From: Thermofilum adornatum
GTDB taxonomy: Archaea > Thermoproteota > Thermoprotei > Thermofilales > Thermofilaceae
Length of the DNA: 32,000 bases
Direction of reading: 5' to 3'
Assembly: GCF_000446015.1 (NCBI RefSeq)
Contig: NC_022093.1
Location: 1,050,001 to 1,082,000, forward strand
Below the pieces are notes generated by a model. That model did no database searches. It was not told the origin of the DNA and saw nothing but the letters and a program-made list of their open reading frames with translations. Of the stretch, positions 9,259 to 18,221 are shown in pieces. The translations under genes were made by a program, and so were the position numbers. Numbering within the stretch: position 1 is the stretch's first letter; every line of letters starts with the position of its first letter.

Positions 9259-11100
9259 TTACTGCATCGTGATGCGTTCAGGTGGGATAGCGGCATGCTT
9301 ATAGGAAATGATCCTGATAATGTCTGCCGCGTCTTGGAAGTCGTCGCTCGTGAGCTCTAGAAGGTTCACTATCTCCATCATGTTGAGGGCGCTCAGTAGA
9401 TCTATTTCTCCCTTATCAAGCATTTCTCTAATCAAGTATATTGCTTTTATCCTTAACTCGTCAACTTTCCTTTCGCCAACATCTATATCCATGGTGGCCC
9501 TCACGGCGTAGAGGGGAGATAGACTAAGCATACGTAAGTTTTCAATTAGTTTATCCGCTAATTCACGAGTATTATCAACCATTTCAAGCAAGACAGGCTT
9601 AAGCACCTGTATTTTGTCGGTGAATTTTATCCAGAGGAATCGCTCGTTGCACTCAATTATCGCGCCAGCGACTTTATCTATTTCTTCGACAAGTCTTTCA
9701 AAATCCATCCTGCTGGACTGCGGGAAAACCCCCGAGTAGATCTTCCATATGATTTCTCTCTTAATCTTGTCGGCCTCTCTCTCCATTTCTTTTATTTTTC
9801 CAATCCCCTCAGTTACTCCAGAAAGGTCGCCTCTAAATGCCGCTTCAACCATTTTATGCTGATAATCCAGTATTCCACGTATTACTTCAACATGTTTAAT
9901 TGTCAGGTCCAGGAAAGGCCATGTGGGTCTAGTTTCGCGGAATATTATTGAGAAGCCTGCAGCTGTTATAGCTAGAATGCTTCCAAAGTTAATAAACACT
10001 TCTTCGAGGGATGAGGGAGATATTGACAAGAACAATGTTCCCAGTAGAGCTCCAGTCGCATACCCAGAGTCTCTAATCATTCTATAAAAGCCAATAGCTA
10101 TTTCTCTCTCAGCCGGTGGCGTCAGATCTGCTATTGGAGAGGGAAGAACTGGGTAAAACATTGCATAGCTTAAACCCATAACGAGTACTATCAGGAGTAT
10201 CTCTGGAAATCTTTGAGCACTCGGCAAAGCTATAAGCAGAAAAGCGTCAAGCATTAGGCCTAGTGTCGCTATTACGCGTCTACCAACTCTGTCTGAGAGC
10301 GAACTCCAGAACGGCATAGTTGCAGACCACACAATGAGAAGAATAGACTGTGCAAATCCTGCCTGGTAAACTTCCATGCCTCTGCGGACCATGTACAATG
10401 GGACAACTCCCCACACAACTGTGTCAGCAACTTTAGTCATGTGTGCAGCGATAAGTGCTGCAAGAGTACTAGGATTTCTTAGAAGCATTTTTATTGTCTC
10501 TCCTGTCCTTATGTTCATTGAGTATTTTTTCTTCTCGATTTCAGTGTATTTTTGTGTCTCATGCGAGTTTAGCGCAGCCAGAAGACCAAAAATTGCAGAT
10601 ACAACAATGACAAGTAGGCTTGCTCCTAGTCCGCCAGAGTTGAATACTAGACCACCTGCAAATGCTCCTATAGAGTATCCAAAATAACAAGCACTCTCAA
10701 TGTACCCGAAACTAAGAGATGAACGTTCAAGTCCAAGGATGTCTCTAATAGCTATAGCACTCGTTGCAAAAACTAATCCTTCTCCTGCCCCGATAAACAT
10801 GTTTCCAGCTAGGAAATTAAATGGAGGTGGTAGTACAGCTATTAGTATGGAGCCGAATAGATAGATAACTGTTCCAAGTGTAAGGGAGCTCTTCCTGCCC
10901 CTCTTATTTGCATAGAAACCAGCCATGAGATCAAAGGAAGCTTTAAAAAAACCGAAGGAAATTATTGGAAAAAGGAAACTTATCTCTCCAAGTGATTTTT
11001 GAGAGGAAACGCTGAGAATAGTTCTTTGTACTCCAGTCGCCGTACCTATAAGTATTTCTGTTAGTAACACAATGAGTATCGCAATGTTTTCCTTGCTCAA
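9259..11100 (-). CDS. MFS transporter fused to a C-terminal DUF47 (PhoU-like, TIGR00153-type) cytoplasmic domain
   Basis: N-terminal ~400 aa has about 12 hydrophobic helices with an MFS-like loop (ANKRGRK, DRVGRR). C-terminal ~210 aa is helical with the DUF47-like pattern IKEMEREADKIKREI...SRMDFERLVEEIDKVAGAIIE and a second repeat ...ERKVDELRIKAI...EIVNLLELTSDDFQDAADII. TTG start. Confidence 0.8.
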   Translation of the reverse strand: MSKENIAILIVLLTEILIGTATGVQRTILSVSSQKSLGEISFLFPIISFGFFKASFDLMAGFYANKRGRKSSLTLGTVIYLFGSILIAVLPPPFNFLAGNMFIGAGEGLVFATSAIAIRDILGLERSSLSFGYIESACYFGYSIGAFAGGLVFNSGGLGASLLVIVVSAIFGLLAALNSHETQKYTEIEKKKYSMNIRTGETIKMLLRNPSTLAALIAAHMTKVADTVVWGVVPLYMVRRGMEVYQAGFAQSILLIVWSATMPFWSSLSDRVGRRVIATLGLMLDAFLLIALPSAQRFPEILLIVLVMGLSYAMFYPVLPSPIADLTPPAEREIAIGFYRMIRDSGYATGALLGTLFLSISPSSLEEVFINFGSILAITAAGFSIIFRETRPTWPFLDLTIKHVEVIRGILDYQHKMVEAAFRGDLSGVTEGIGKIKEMEREADKIKREIIWKIYSGVFPQSSRMDFERLVEEIDKVAGAIIECNERFLWIKFTDKIQVLKPVLLEMVDNTRELADKLIENLRMLSLSPLYAVRATMDIDVGERKVDELRIKAIYLIREMLDKGEIDLLSALNMMEIVNLLELTSDDFQDAADIIRIISYKHAAIPPERITMQ

Positions 11101-11241
11101 GGCCTAGCCCCCTAATCTGACTCTCATGTTTTTCTATATAAATCTATTTTTCTATATTCTCTATAAAGAGTGATATCCTTATAGAATCATTTTTCGACAA
11201 AAAGGTTTTATTAATGCAGAACATCTAGGTAAAAGAGAGTA

Positions 11242-12306
11242 ATGGAGTCTACACAAAGAATGGAAGTTGCACGATATCTAAGGGCAGGCTACAAGCTAGT
11301 GGGAAACCACAGCGCCGTAGCTATCTGCAGATGGACTAGGTCTGCAATTAGAGGGGAGAGACTTTGCTACAAAAGCTGGTACGGTATACAGAGCCATAGA
11401 TGCCTCCAAATGACCCCTGTCCTTAATTTCTGCGATTTTGCATGTAAGTTCTGCTGGAGGATGCATCTTCCAGGGCGATTCAAGATCCCCAATGGCTGGA
11501 GGTGGGACGAACCAGAAGACATAATCAATGGCTCAATTATTGCACAGAGGCTTCTATTGATAGGCTTCAAGGGCAACCCAAAGGTTACCAAAGAGAGGTT
11601 TCTTGAAGCAATGTTCCCCAGACATTTCACGATAAGCCTCGACGGAGAACCACTTCTCTACCCAAAGCTTCCAGACCTCATCAAGAGGATAAATGAAAGA
11701 AACTTTACAACGTTTCTCGTAACAAATGGCTCTATTCCAATGCGGCTCAAAGAAATGTTGAAGAAAGACGCCCACCCAACAAACCTCTATCTTAGCCTAT
11801 ACGGTCCAAATAAGGAAGTATTCCAGGCCACAGCCGACCCAAAGATTCCAAATGCATGGGAAAACGTTTTGACCAGCCTCGAATTGTTAGATCAATTTAA
11901 GAAGAGCAGGACAGTTATTAGACTCACGATGGTTCGAGACCTCAATATGGTTGAACCAGAGGGGTACGCGTCTCTTATCAAAAAAGCTAATCCCATGTTT
12001 GTAGAACTCAAGGGATATACATGGGTAGGAGAAAGCCAGAAGAGATTACCTATAACAGCTATGCCTACTCTAGACGAGCTAGAAAAATTTGCGGAGAAGA
12101 TCCAGGAAATAACTGGGTACAAGATTAAAGTGAAAGATGATAAAAGCAGGGTAGTCATGCTTGTTCGCGATGAAGAAGCATGGGAAACAAATCTAAAGAT
12201 GGTTGAGGAATGGAAACAGAAGGTCTCTAGGCTCGACGAGAACTGGAAAAGCAAAGTAGAAGACTTTACGATGGAGGAGCACGGCTATAAGCTTTTATAT
12301 TACTAG
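11242..12306 (+). CDS. taw1: tRNA 4-demethylwyosine synthase (Taw1/TYW1, radical SAM)
   Basis: Radical SAM motif CDFACKFC. Upstream auxiliary-cluster cysteines (CRWTRSAIRGERLCYKSWYGIQSHRC). SLDGEPLLYP and LVTNG motifs. The length is typical of archaeal Taw1. Confidence 0.9.
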   Translation: MESTQRMEVARYLRAGYKLVGNHSAVAICRWTRSAIRGERLCYKSWYGIQSHRCLQMTPVLNFCDFACKFCWRMHLPGRFKIPNGWRWDEPEDIINGSIIAQRLLLIGFKGNPKVTKERFLEAMFPRHFTISLDGEPLLYPKLPDLIKRINERNFTTFLVTNGSIPMRLKEMLKKDAHPTNLYLSLYGPNKEVFQATADPKIPNAWENVLTSLELLDQFKKSRTVIRLTMVRDLNMVEPEGYASLIKKANPMFVELKGYTWVGESQKRLPITAMPTLDELEKFAEKIQEITGYKIKVKDDKSRVVMLVRDEEAWETNLKMVEEWKQKVSRLDENWKSKVEDFTMEEHGYKLLYY

Positions 12307-12324
12307 AGAGAAGAGTCTCATTAA

Positions 12325-13068
12325 ATGGCAATGATCGAAAAGCTCCGGCAAGCTCTGTACAGAAAAGAAACTGTGATTCTTATTGCGAAGTGTAGTATCT
12401 TCTATGAGGGGAGAGCATCCTCCAAGCTCAGTGAAGGAGAAAGAATAATCATAATAAAAGAGGATGGTGCAGTCATAGTTCATAGACCATTTGGATACGA
12501 GCCTGTAAACTATCAGCCCCCTGGAAGTATTGTCACGATAGAAGATGATAGAGGAATTATTAAACTAAATATACTGAGGCCCAGAATCCACGAGAAAATG
12601 GTCATCGAAATAAAAGAACTCAAACATTTTTACTCTTCTAGGCTAGAAGACCAAGCCGAGTTCCAAATGTGGGGCGACGAAGAAGACTTGAAACAAGCAA
12701 TCATACTTGACCCCGCAGGAATGCTGGGAGAAGAGCTTCAACTCGTCGGCTCCGAGTTCTCGCTGGGCTCGGCCGGATATGCGGACATAGTTTTCAGGGA
12801 CATAAACGGAAACCTAGTAGTAGTAGAGGTTAAGAAGAAGACGGCAGATGTTTCAGCTGTTTATCAACTTAAAAGATACGTAGACAAAATAAGAAAGGAG
12901 GGAGGATCAAACGTATCAATCCGAGCAATTCTCGTAGCTCCAAGATTTACCCAGTCTGCACTAGTGGCTCTAAAAAGAGAAGGGCTGGAATACCGAGAAG
13001 TAAGCCTCCAACATGCTAGAAAAATCTTAAAACAGAAACGCAGTCTTCCAAGCTTTTTTACCAGTTAG
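12325..13068 (+). CDS. nucS: Endonuclease NucS/EndoMS (mismatch-specific RecB-like nuclease)
   Basis: Two-domain architecture. C-terminal PD-(D/E)xK-like core GYADIVFRDINGNLVVVEVKKK...YQLKRY. C-terminal PIP-like tail KRSLPSFFTS. Confidence 0.9.
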   Translation: MAMIEKLRQALYRKETVILIAKCSIFYEGRASSKLSEGERIIIIKEDGAVIVHRPFGYEPVNYQPPGSIVTIEDDRGIIKLNILRPRIHEKMVIEIKELKHFYSSRLEDQAEFQMWGDEEDLKQAIILDPAGMLGEELQLVGSEFSLGSAGYADIVFRDINGNLVVVEVKKKTADVSAVYQLKRYVDKIRKEGGSNVSIRAILVAPRFTQSALVALKREGLEYREVSLQHARKILKQKRSLPSFFTS

Positions 13069-13106
13069 CTTAATTATTTAGAAAAACAAAAAATAGAGGG
13101 CAGACA

Positions 13107-13799
13107 GTGGCATATCCAGCAACTTTATTTGGCGTAGACACAGATGCTGACCTGGAGAAGCTGGCCAGTCAGCTCAGCAAGTTCTCTCTATTTAGGTCGG
13201 AGATAGAATTTCTTGGAAAAAAGTTTCAGCTAGGCCTAAAGATCGAAAACATGGAAAAAAGCCAAAATTCTCTTTCATTAATTGTTTCCGACTCCTTCGT
13301 TTCAGCAGTCAAGATAAATGAAGATATATTAAAACTACCAGTGACGAGAAGAACTCCGCTTAGCTTCATACAAGTCGGCGCCGATCTCTATCTAGTAGTT
13401 TTTTCTAGAAAAAAGGAAGCAGAAAAACTGGCAGACATATTGTCTGAAGAATTGTTTAAAAAACCAGACGTGATATACAGGTTAGTTATACCCTCACAGG
13501 CTCTAAGCAAAATCTACAGGTCAGAAAACGTTGAAGTGAAACAGATAGTTTATGAGAGCACAAGCAGTGAGGAAGAAATAAAAACCACGGTATATTTTGG
13601 CAGAAACCTGGCATCAGTTCTACCTAGAGGCGAGAAAGAAAAAAGCATAAAGATAAAATACATCCTATACCGCGACGAAGTCGGTGTATTCGGGATAAGC
13701 GCCTCAGGAATAGTCATTGCTTATACACAGCTCTCTCAGAGCGAGTTTGTTTCATACATAGTTGAAAAAATAATCCCGCTAGCTGAGCCCCCTGGCTAG
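13107..13799 (+). CDS. Hypothetical protein, 230 aa, no family recognised
   Basis: Long ORF with GTG start, 38 bp downstream of nucS on the same strand. No competing ORF. Composition resembles neighbouring genes. Possible internal duplication (…VGADLYLVVFSRKKEAEKLADILSEEL / …ISASGIVIAYTQLSQSEFVSYIVEKII). Confidence 0.6.
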   Translation: MAYPATLFGVDTDADLEKLASQLSKFSLFRSEIEFLGKKFQLGLKIENMEKSQNSLSLIVSDSFVSAVKINEDILKLPVTRRTPLSFIQVGADLYLVVFSRKKEAEKLADILSEELFKKPDVIYRLVIPSQALSKIYRSENVEVKQIVYESTSSEEEIKTTVYFGRNLASVLPRGEKEKSIKIKYILYRDEVGVFGISASGIVIAYTQLSQSEFVSYIVEKIIPLAEPPG

Positions 13800-13803
13800 C
13801 TCT

Positions 13804-14646
13804 CTACCTGAACCTTTCCAGAATCTTTCTTATATCTGCGGGCTTTTGTCTAAGGGCAGGAGGAGGATTCATAGCGTGTAGGAAGGCGTCCTCCAGAATC
13901 GGCCTATTTATGCGGTAGAATATTCCTATAGGTATCCTTTCGGTTTCAGAGGCAAGCTTAACGGCTCTTTCAAAGTCTGTAGGGTCATGTCCAGTGTCCT
14001 CAAGCTTGTAGACCTTTTGCCGGAGAATAGTATAGGTATTGTAGAAGGTTACACATGGCTGTAACACATCGATAAAGGCGAATCCACGATGCTTTATTGC
14101 CTCTTTAAATAACTCCTTTAAGTGTTCGACTTCTCCGCTAAACCCTCGTGCAACAAACGTTGCGCCACTTGCAAGCGCGAGCAAAATGGGGTTTAATGGC
14201 TGTTCAAAGTTACCAAAAGGCGTAGAACGTGTTTTAACGCCTATAGGAGTCGTCGGGGTAACCTGTCCCGTAGTAAGCCCGAATATCATGTTGTCGTGCA
14301 CAATAAGCTTGATGTCTATGTTGCGTCTAGCAGCGTGGGGGAAATGCCCCATACCGATTGCATAGGCGTCTCCATCGCCGCTATGGCCTATCACGAGGAG
14401 ATCCGGGTTGGCGAGCTTGATGCCCGTAGCCAGAGGCAATACACGTCCATGAATAGTATGAAAAGTGTTAGTTTTCATGTATTCGCTCATGCGTCCATGG
14501 CAACCAATACCTGTGACAATCATCACTCTTTCAGGGTTAATTTCTAGCTCTGCAAGTGCCTTTCTAAGCGCTAAGAGGATAGAATAGTTACCACATCCTG
14601 GACACCAGACAGGTCTTTTTCCTGTATCAAAGATGGATGGATCCAT
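13804..14646 (-). CDS. 2-oxoacid:ferredoxin oxidoreductase, beta (TPP-binding) subunit
   Basis: N-terminal WCPGCGN motif. TPP-binding GDGD motif (GHSGDGDAYAIG). 280 aa. Located 4 nt downstream of the alpha subunit gene. Confidence 0.92.
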   Translation of the reverse strand: MDPSIFDTGKRPVWCPGCGNYSILLALRKALAELEINPERVMIVTGIGCHGRMSEYMKTNTFHTIHGRVLPLATGIKLANPDLLVIGHSGDGDAYAIGMGHFPHAARRNIDIKLIVHDNMIFGLTTGQVTPTTPIGVKTRSTPFGNFEQPLNPILLALASGATFVARGFSGEVEHLKELFKEAIKHRGFAFIDVLQPCVTFYNTYTILRQKVYKLEDTGHDPTDFERAVKLASETERIPIGIFYRINRPILEDAFLHAMNPPPALRQKPADIRKILERFR

Positions 14647-14650
14647 GCTC

Positions 14651-16369
14651 TCACCTCTCGAGATAAGAGTTTATCCAGAGCTGGATGTCTTCTGGGAAAA
14701 ACTGGCGCCCATCATATTTCAAGAGCAAGCCATCAGGCTCCCTGAATAGGTTCTCCCTAATAAGAGAAGCAAGTTGCCCAGTAGAGTTATTCTCGATAAC
14801 TAAAAGCCTTTTATCTTTAATTTCAGAGAGTAATTTATTCTTTGGGAAGGGCTCCATCCAAATCACTTGGACAAGTTTTACCCCGCTTACACCCTTTAGA
14901 GCCTCGAGCACAACTTGTTTTGTGGATCCCCAAGTCACAACAACAATGTCTCCATCCCCAATGGTTTCAATGCCATGTTTTTCTGCCTCCTCGCGGAGGA
15001 GTCTATATTTTCTCAATCTTTTGTCCTGCATCTCCTTTACCTTTGAAGGCTCTATCGTGCCAAATCCATACTCGTCGTGTTCACTTGTATTTGCATAGAC
15101 GAGGGATCCAGGTGTTCCTGGGAAAACCAAGGGGGAAACACCGTCCTCTGTTATCTTATATCTTGGAAAGAACCCCCCTACATTTTCTCTGGAGATTTTC
15201 GGCTCCTCTATGCCCAACTCTGGAAAGTCTGGTACCGTCCAGTAGCTTTCTCCAAGATACTTGTCTGACAATAGAATTACGGGGACCTGGTATTTCCAAG
15301 CAATGTTAAGTCCCCTGTTGGCTAACACGTATGCTTGATATGGGTCGCCAGGCGCTAGCACTACCCTCGGGAATTCTCCCTGGGATGCATGAATCACAAA
15401 TCTTAGGTCTCCCTGCGCCGTGTGCGTTGGGAGTCCTGTTGAGGGACCCGGTCTCTGCACCTCGACTATAAGTATCGGTGTCTCTGTCATTGCCGCCTGT
15501 CCTAATGCTTCAACCATCAACGAGAAGCCTCCGCCGCTTGTCGCAACCATAGACCTTGCACCCGCATAAGCCGCACCAATAGCCATATTGATAGCGGCAA
15601 TCTCGCTTTCGGGCTGAAAAACAACTATTCCAACCTCTTTCTGGATCTCTGCCAAGAAATGCAGGATAGGGGAGGCGGGGGTCATGGGATAGGATGCGAA
15701 GAATGTTAATCCAGCTGATAACGCTCCGAGAGCAACTGCAGTATTGCCATCTATCAGGAGCCTTTTCTCTTTACCTGAATATATCGCTTGTTGAGGTAGC
15801 TTGTAGCCTTGAAAGCTGTTGCTCAATTCTTTACCGTACTCATAGCCCATTTTGAAAAGCTGTTTGTTGAGATCTGCAGTCTCTTTTTTGCCTCTAAATT
15901 GCTCATCGTAAAGCTTCTCTGCTATCTCTATATTTCCATTGAGAATCCCTACAATTATTCCTAGCCCGATAGAGTTTATAGCTACGCTGGGCGCATTCAT
16001 TTCCTTTATTATTTTCCTTAGGGGAAAGGCCCTTATTTGTACATTATTTTTCGCCAAGCTACTGGCATCTTCTTCATCACAAATAATGATTCCATTCGTT
16101 TTAAGGCTAGCAGTGTGTTTCTCAATAGAAGGCTTATCCAAAGCTAAAACAATGTCCACTTTTTTCTGGTGCGAAAACACTGTTTCCTCAAGAGAGGCTC
16201 TAACTTGTGCCCACTGGTGTCCACCCCTGATCAAAGATGGGTATTCATTTGTAATGAAAACATTCAAGCCGTGACGAAGAAACATCTTTCCAAGGGTTAC
16301 GCTCGAGCTGAAAATTCCTGCGCCAGCTGGTCCCGCTATCAAGACACTTAAATTTTTTGAAGTTTCCAC
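14651..16369 (-). CDS. 2-oxoacid:ferredoxin oxidoreductase, alpha subunit (fused gamma-alpha type)
   Basis: 572 aa. N-terminal gamma-like domain (IAGPAGAGI...). Alpha-domain motifs (YPMTPASPI, ATSGGGFSLM, VQRPGPSTGLPT). Paired with the beta subunit as in two-subunit archaeal OFORs. GTG start. Confidence 0.92.
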   Translation of the reverse strand: METSKNLSVLIAGPAGAGIFSSSVTLGKMFLRHGLNVFITNEYPSLIRGGHQWAQVRASLEETVFSHQKKVDIVLALDKPSIEKHTASLKTNGIIICDEEDASSLAKNNVQIRAFPLRKIIKEMNAPSVAINSIGLGIIVGILNGNIEIAEKLYDEQFRGKKETADLNKQLFKMGYEYGKELSNSFQGYKLPQQAIYSGKEKRLLIDGNTAVALGALSAGLTFFASYPMTPASPILHFLAEIQKEVGIVVFQPESEIAAINMAIGAAYAGARSMVATSGGGFSLMVEALGQAAMTETPILIVEVQRPGPSTGLPTHTAQGDLRFVIHASQGEFPRVVLAPGDPYQAYVLANRGLNIAWKYQVPVILLSDKYLGESYWTVPDFPELGIEEPKISRENVGGFFPRYKITEDGVSPLVFPGTPGSLVYANTSEHDEYGFGTIEPSKVKEMQDKRLRKYRLLREEAEKHGIETIGDGDIVVVTWGSTKQVVLEALKGVSGVKLVQVIWMEPFPKNKLLSEIKDKRLLVIENNSTGQLASLIRENLFREPDGLLLKYDGRQFFPEDIQLWINSYLER

Positions 16370-16455
16370 ACTAATCCCAGCTTTAACTATGTAAAGTCCT
16401 AGCTAAAAACTTCTTGCAAAATAATAAATATTTTTCTCCAAATATAACAATCAAG

Positions 16456-16920
16456 ATGTCTATACCGAATCGTAGGGGCATATATTTGTTAATGATAAAT
16501 GTCATGGAAGACGTAAAAATTTATTTAAAAACTGGAAAGGAGTGGATGATACCCAGAGGAATATATTATTATGTTGGGTCAGCCAAAGGTCCTGGAGGGC
16601 TAAGAGCAAGGATAAACAGGCACCTTAGAGGAGCGAAAAAGCTTCACTGGCACATAGACTATCTCTTGACCAACCAAGCATCTATTGTTACACATGTAGT
16701 TTACGCTGAGACGGAAAAGCCGGAGTGCGTTTTGGTTCCTGTTCTTGAGAGGCTTGGAGCTACACACATAGCAAGAGGTTTCGGCTCCTCAGATTGCAAA
16801 TATAAATGCTTCTCACATCTTCTAAGATGCAACAGCGAATTGGAAAAATGTTTACAAACAGCGATAACTAGCTTTAAAGAGGCAGGACTTTTACCTGTAG
16901 TGATGTCAGTCTCTATCTAG
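16456..16920 (+). CDS. DUF123 / GIY-YIG (Uri) superfamily putative endonuclease
   Basis: GIYYYVGSAKGPGGLRARINRHLR...KLHWHIDYL matches the DUF123 GIY-YIG-like pattern. ATG 16456 preferred over TTG 16414, since the A/T-rich aaataataaatattttt lies ~25-35 nt upstream. Confidence 0.8.
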   Translation: MSIPNRRGIYLLMINVMEDVKIYLKTGKEWMIPRGIYYYVGSAKGPGGLRARINRHLRGAKKLHWHIDYLLTNQASIVTHVVYAETEKPECVLVPVLERLGATHIARGFGSSDCKYKCFSHLLRCNSELEKCLQTAITSFKEAGLLPVVMSVSI

Positions 16921-18143
16921 AGTTCTACCTTCTTAAGCTGTTCCAATACGTATTTTCTCACGCTGTGTGGATCTTCGACTTTTTTTACGCGCTTTCCATC
17001 CTCAATATATGTCTCAAGGAGCGGCCGCATGGGTTTGCCACACTTGGGGCACCTGGGAGCTTGTGTATCACTTGGAGCAACAACATCAGCCAGGCATTCA
17101 TCACAGCGATATACTTGTTTTCGACCCGAGAGTTTCCCTCTCTTAGCTATAGGTCTCCATTCACCTTTAATCTTCATAGCCGTGATATCCATAGCGAAAT
17201 CTACTGGCTGGGCGGTAGAGATAGCGGCTCCAACTCCAAAGGCGTCTGCCCCAGCCCTGGCAAGCGCAGGGATATTTTCTTCATCTATACCACCTGAAAC
17301 AACTATCTTTACGTGATTGTAGCCATTTATGTCAAGCTTCCATCGGACCTCTCTAATTATTTCCTCGAAATTTCCCCTCCTGCTACCCGGAGTGTCTAGC
17401 CTTACCCCCCAAAGTTTTGGACCCAATAGTTTAGCCGCCACGAGTGCTTCTTCTGTTTCGTCGTAAAAAGTGTCTACTAGTGCTACTCTGTTGACGTCCT
17501 TCTCTATCACCTCGTCGTAGGCTTTCCATGCAAGCGTGTGGTCTCCATAAACACCGCGAAATATAATTAGGAGACTATGCGGCATCGTCCCCGTAGCCCT
17601 TATTCCCAAAGCCTCTGCTCCAAGAATCGCTGAAACAGCGTCTGCACCACCAACATATGCATAATATTCGATAAAGGGTGCAAGCGCGGGATGCTGTCTT
17701 CTAGCTCCAAACGACAATACTAGTTTTTCCCCGGCAGCCCTCTTAACGCGAGCCGCCTTTGTTGCTATGCCAGAAGCAGAGGCAAGAAAGCCCAGCAATG
17801 GCGTTTCAAGCTCCAAGAATTCGCCATAGGGACCCTCAACTGTCAATACAGGAACTTTGTAGCCGTAGAAATCCTTTGCGTGGAAAATTGTACCCTCGGG
17901 GAGAGACCTCACCGTGACATTTCTACCTTCCAGTAGCTTTAGAACTTCACGTAGCCCAGCATAAACTCCCCACTCATAGTCATTAGGCAACTTACTAGTA
18001 GTCACCTCCATGTGGACAACTGTATCAAGTAGACCATATTTTTCTAGAACCTTTCTCGTCCTTGAAAAATATACGTCGGTAGTTAGCCCGCTTCTAACCT
18101 CGTCAAAAGTTGCATAAATAAATCTCTCATCCCATCCAGACAT
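16917..18143 (-). CDS. pncB: Nicotinate phosphoribosyltransferase (archaeal type) with C-terminal zinc ribbon
   Basis: TTDVYFSRT N-terminal motif and a TIM-barrel PRTase core (...VRLDTPGSRRG..., VSGGIDE). C-terminal CDEC...CPKCG. The start is uncertain: ATG 18143 or TTG 18200. Confidence 0.88.
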   Translation of the reverse strand: MSGWDERFIYATFDEVRSGLTTDVYFSRTRKVLEKYGLLDTVVHMEVTTSKLPNDYEWGVYAGLREVLKLLEGRNVTVRSLPEGTIFHAKDFYGYKVPVLTVEGPYGEFLELETPLLGFLASASGIATKAARVKRAAGEKLVLSFGARRQHPALAPFIEYYAYVGGADAVSAILGAEALGIRATGTMPHSLLIIFRGVYGDHTLAWKAYDEVIEKDVNRVALVDTFYDETEEALVAAKLLGPKLWGVRLDTPGSRRGNFEEIIREVRWKLDINGYNHVKIVVSGGIDEENIPALARAGADAFGVGAAISTAQPVDFAMDITAMKIKGEWRPIAKRGKLSGRKQVYRCDECLADVVAPSDTQAPRCPKCGKPMRPLLETYIEDGKRVKKVEDPHSVRKYVLEQLKKVEL

Positions 18144-18221
18144 CTTTCCATTCACAAAGTGAAATAGAGGCAACCCTTCACTTAAATCTTTTCGAAGCAA
18201 AATAATCGTGAACAGAATACT

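Noticed and set aside
16072-16078. Additional C-box-like GTGATGA/ATGATGA matches on the minus strand (for example 16072-16078, 17098-17104, 14519-14526, 27478-27484, 2921-2927)
   Set aside because: All lie inside protein-coding genes. None has a CTGA D box at the 40-55-nt spacing, and none has flanking terminal-stem complementarity.
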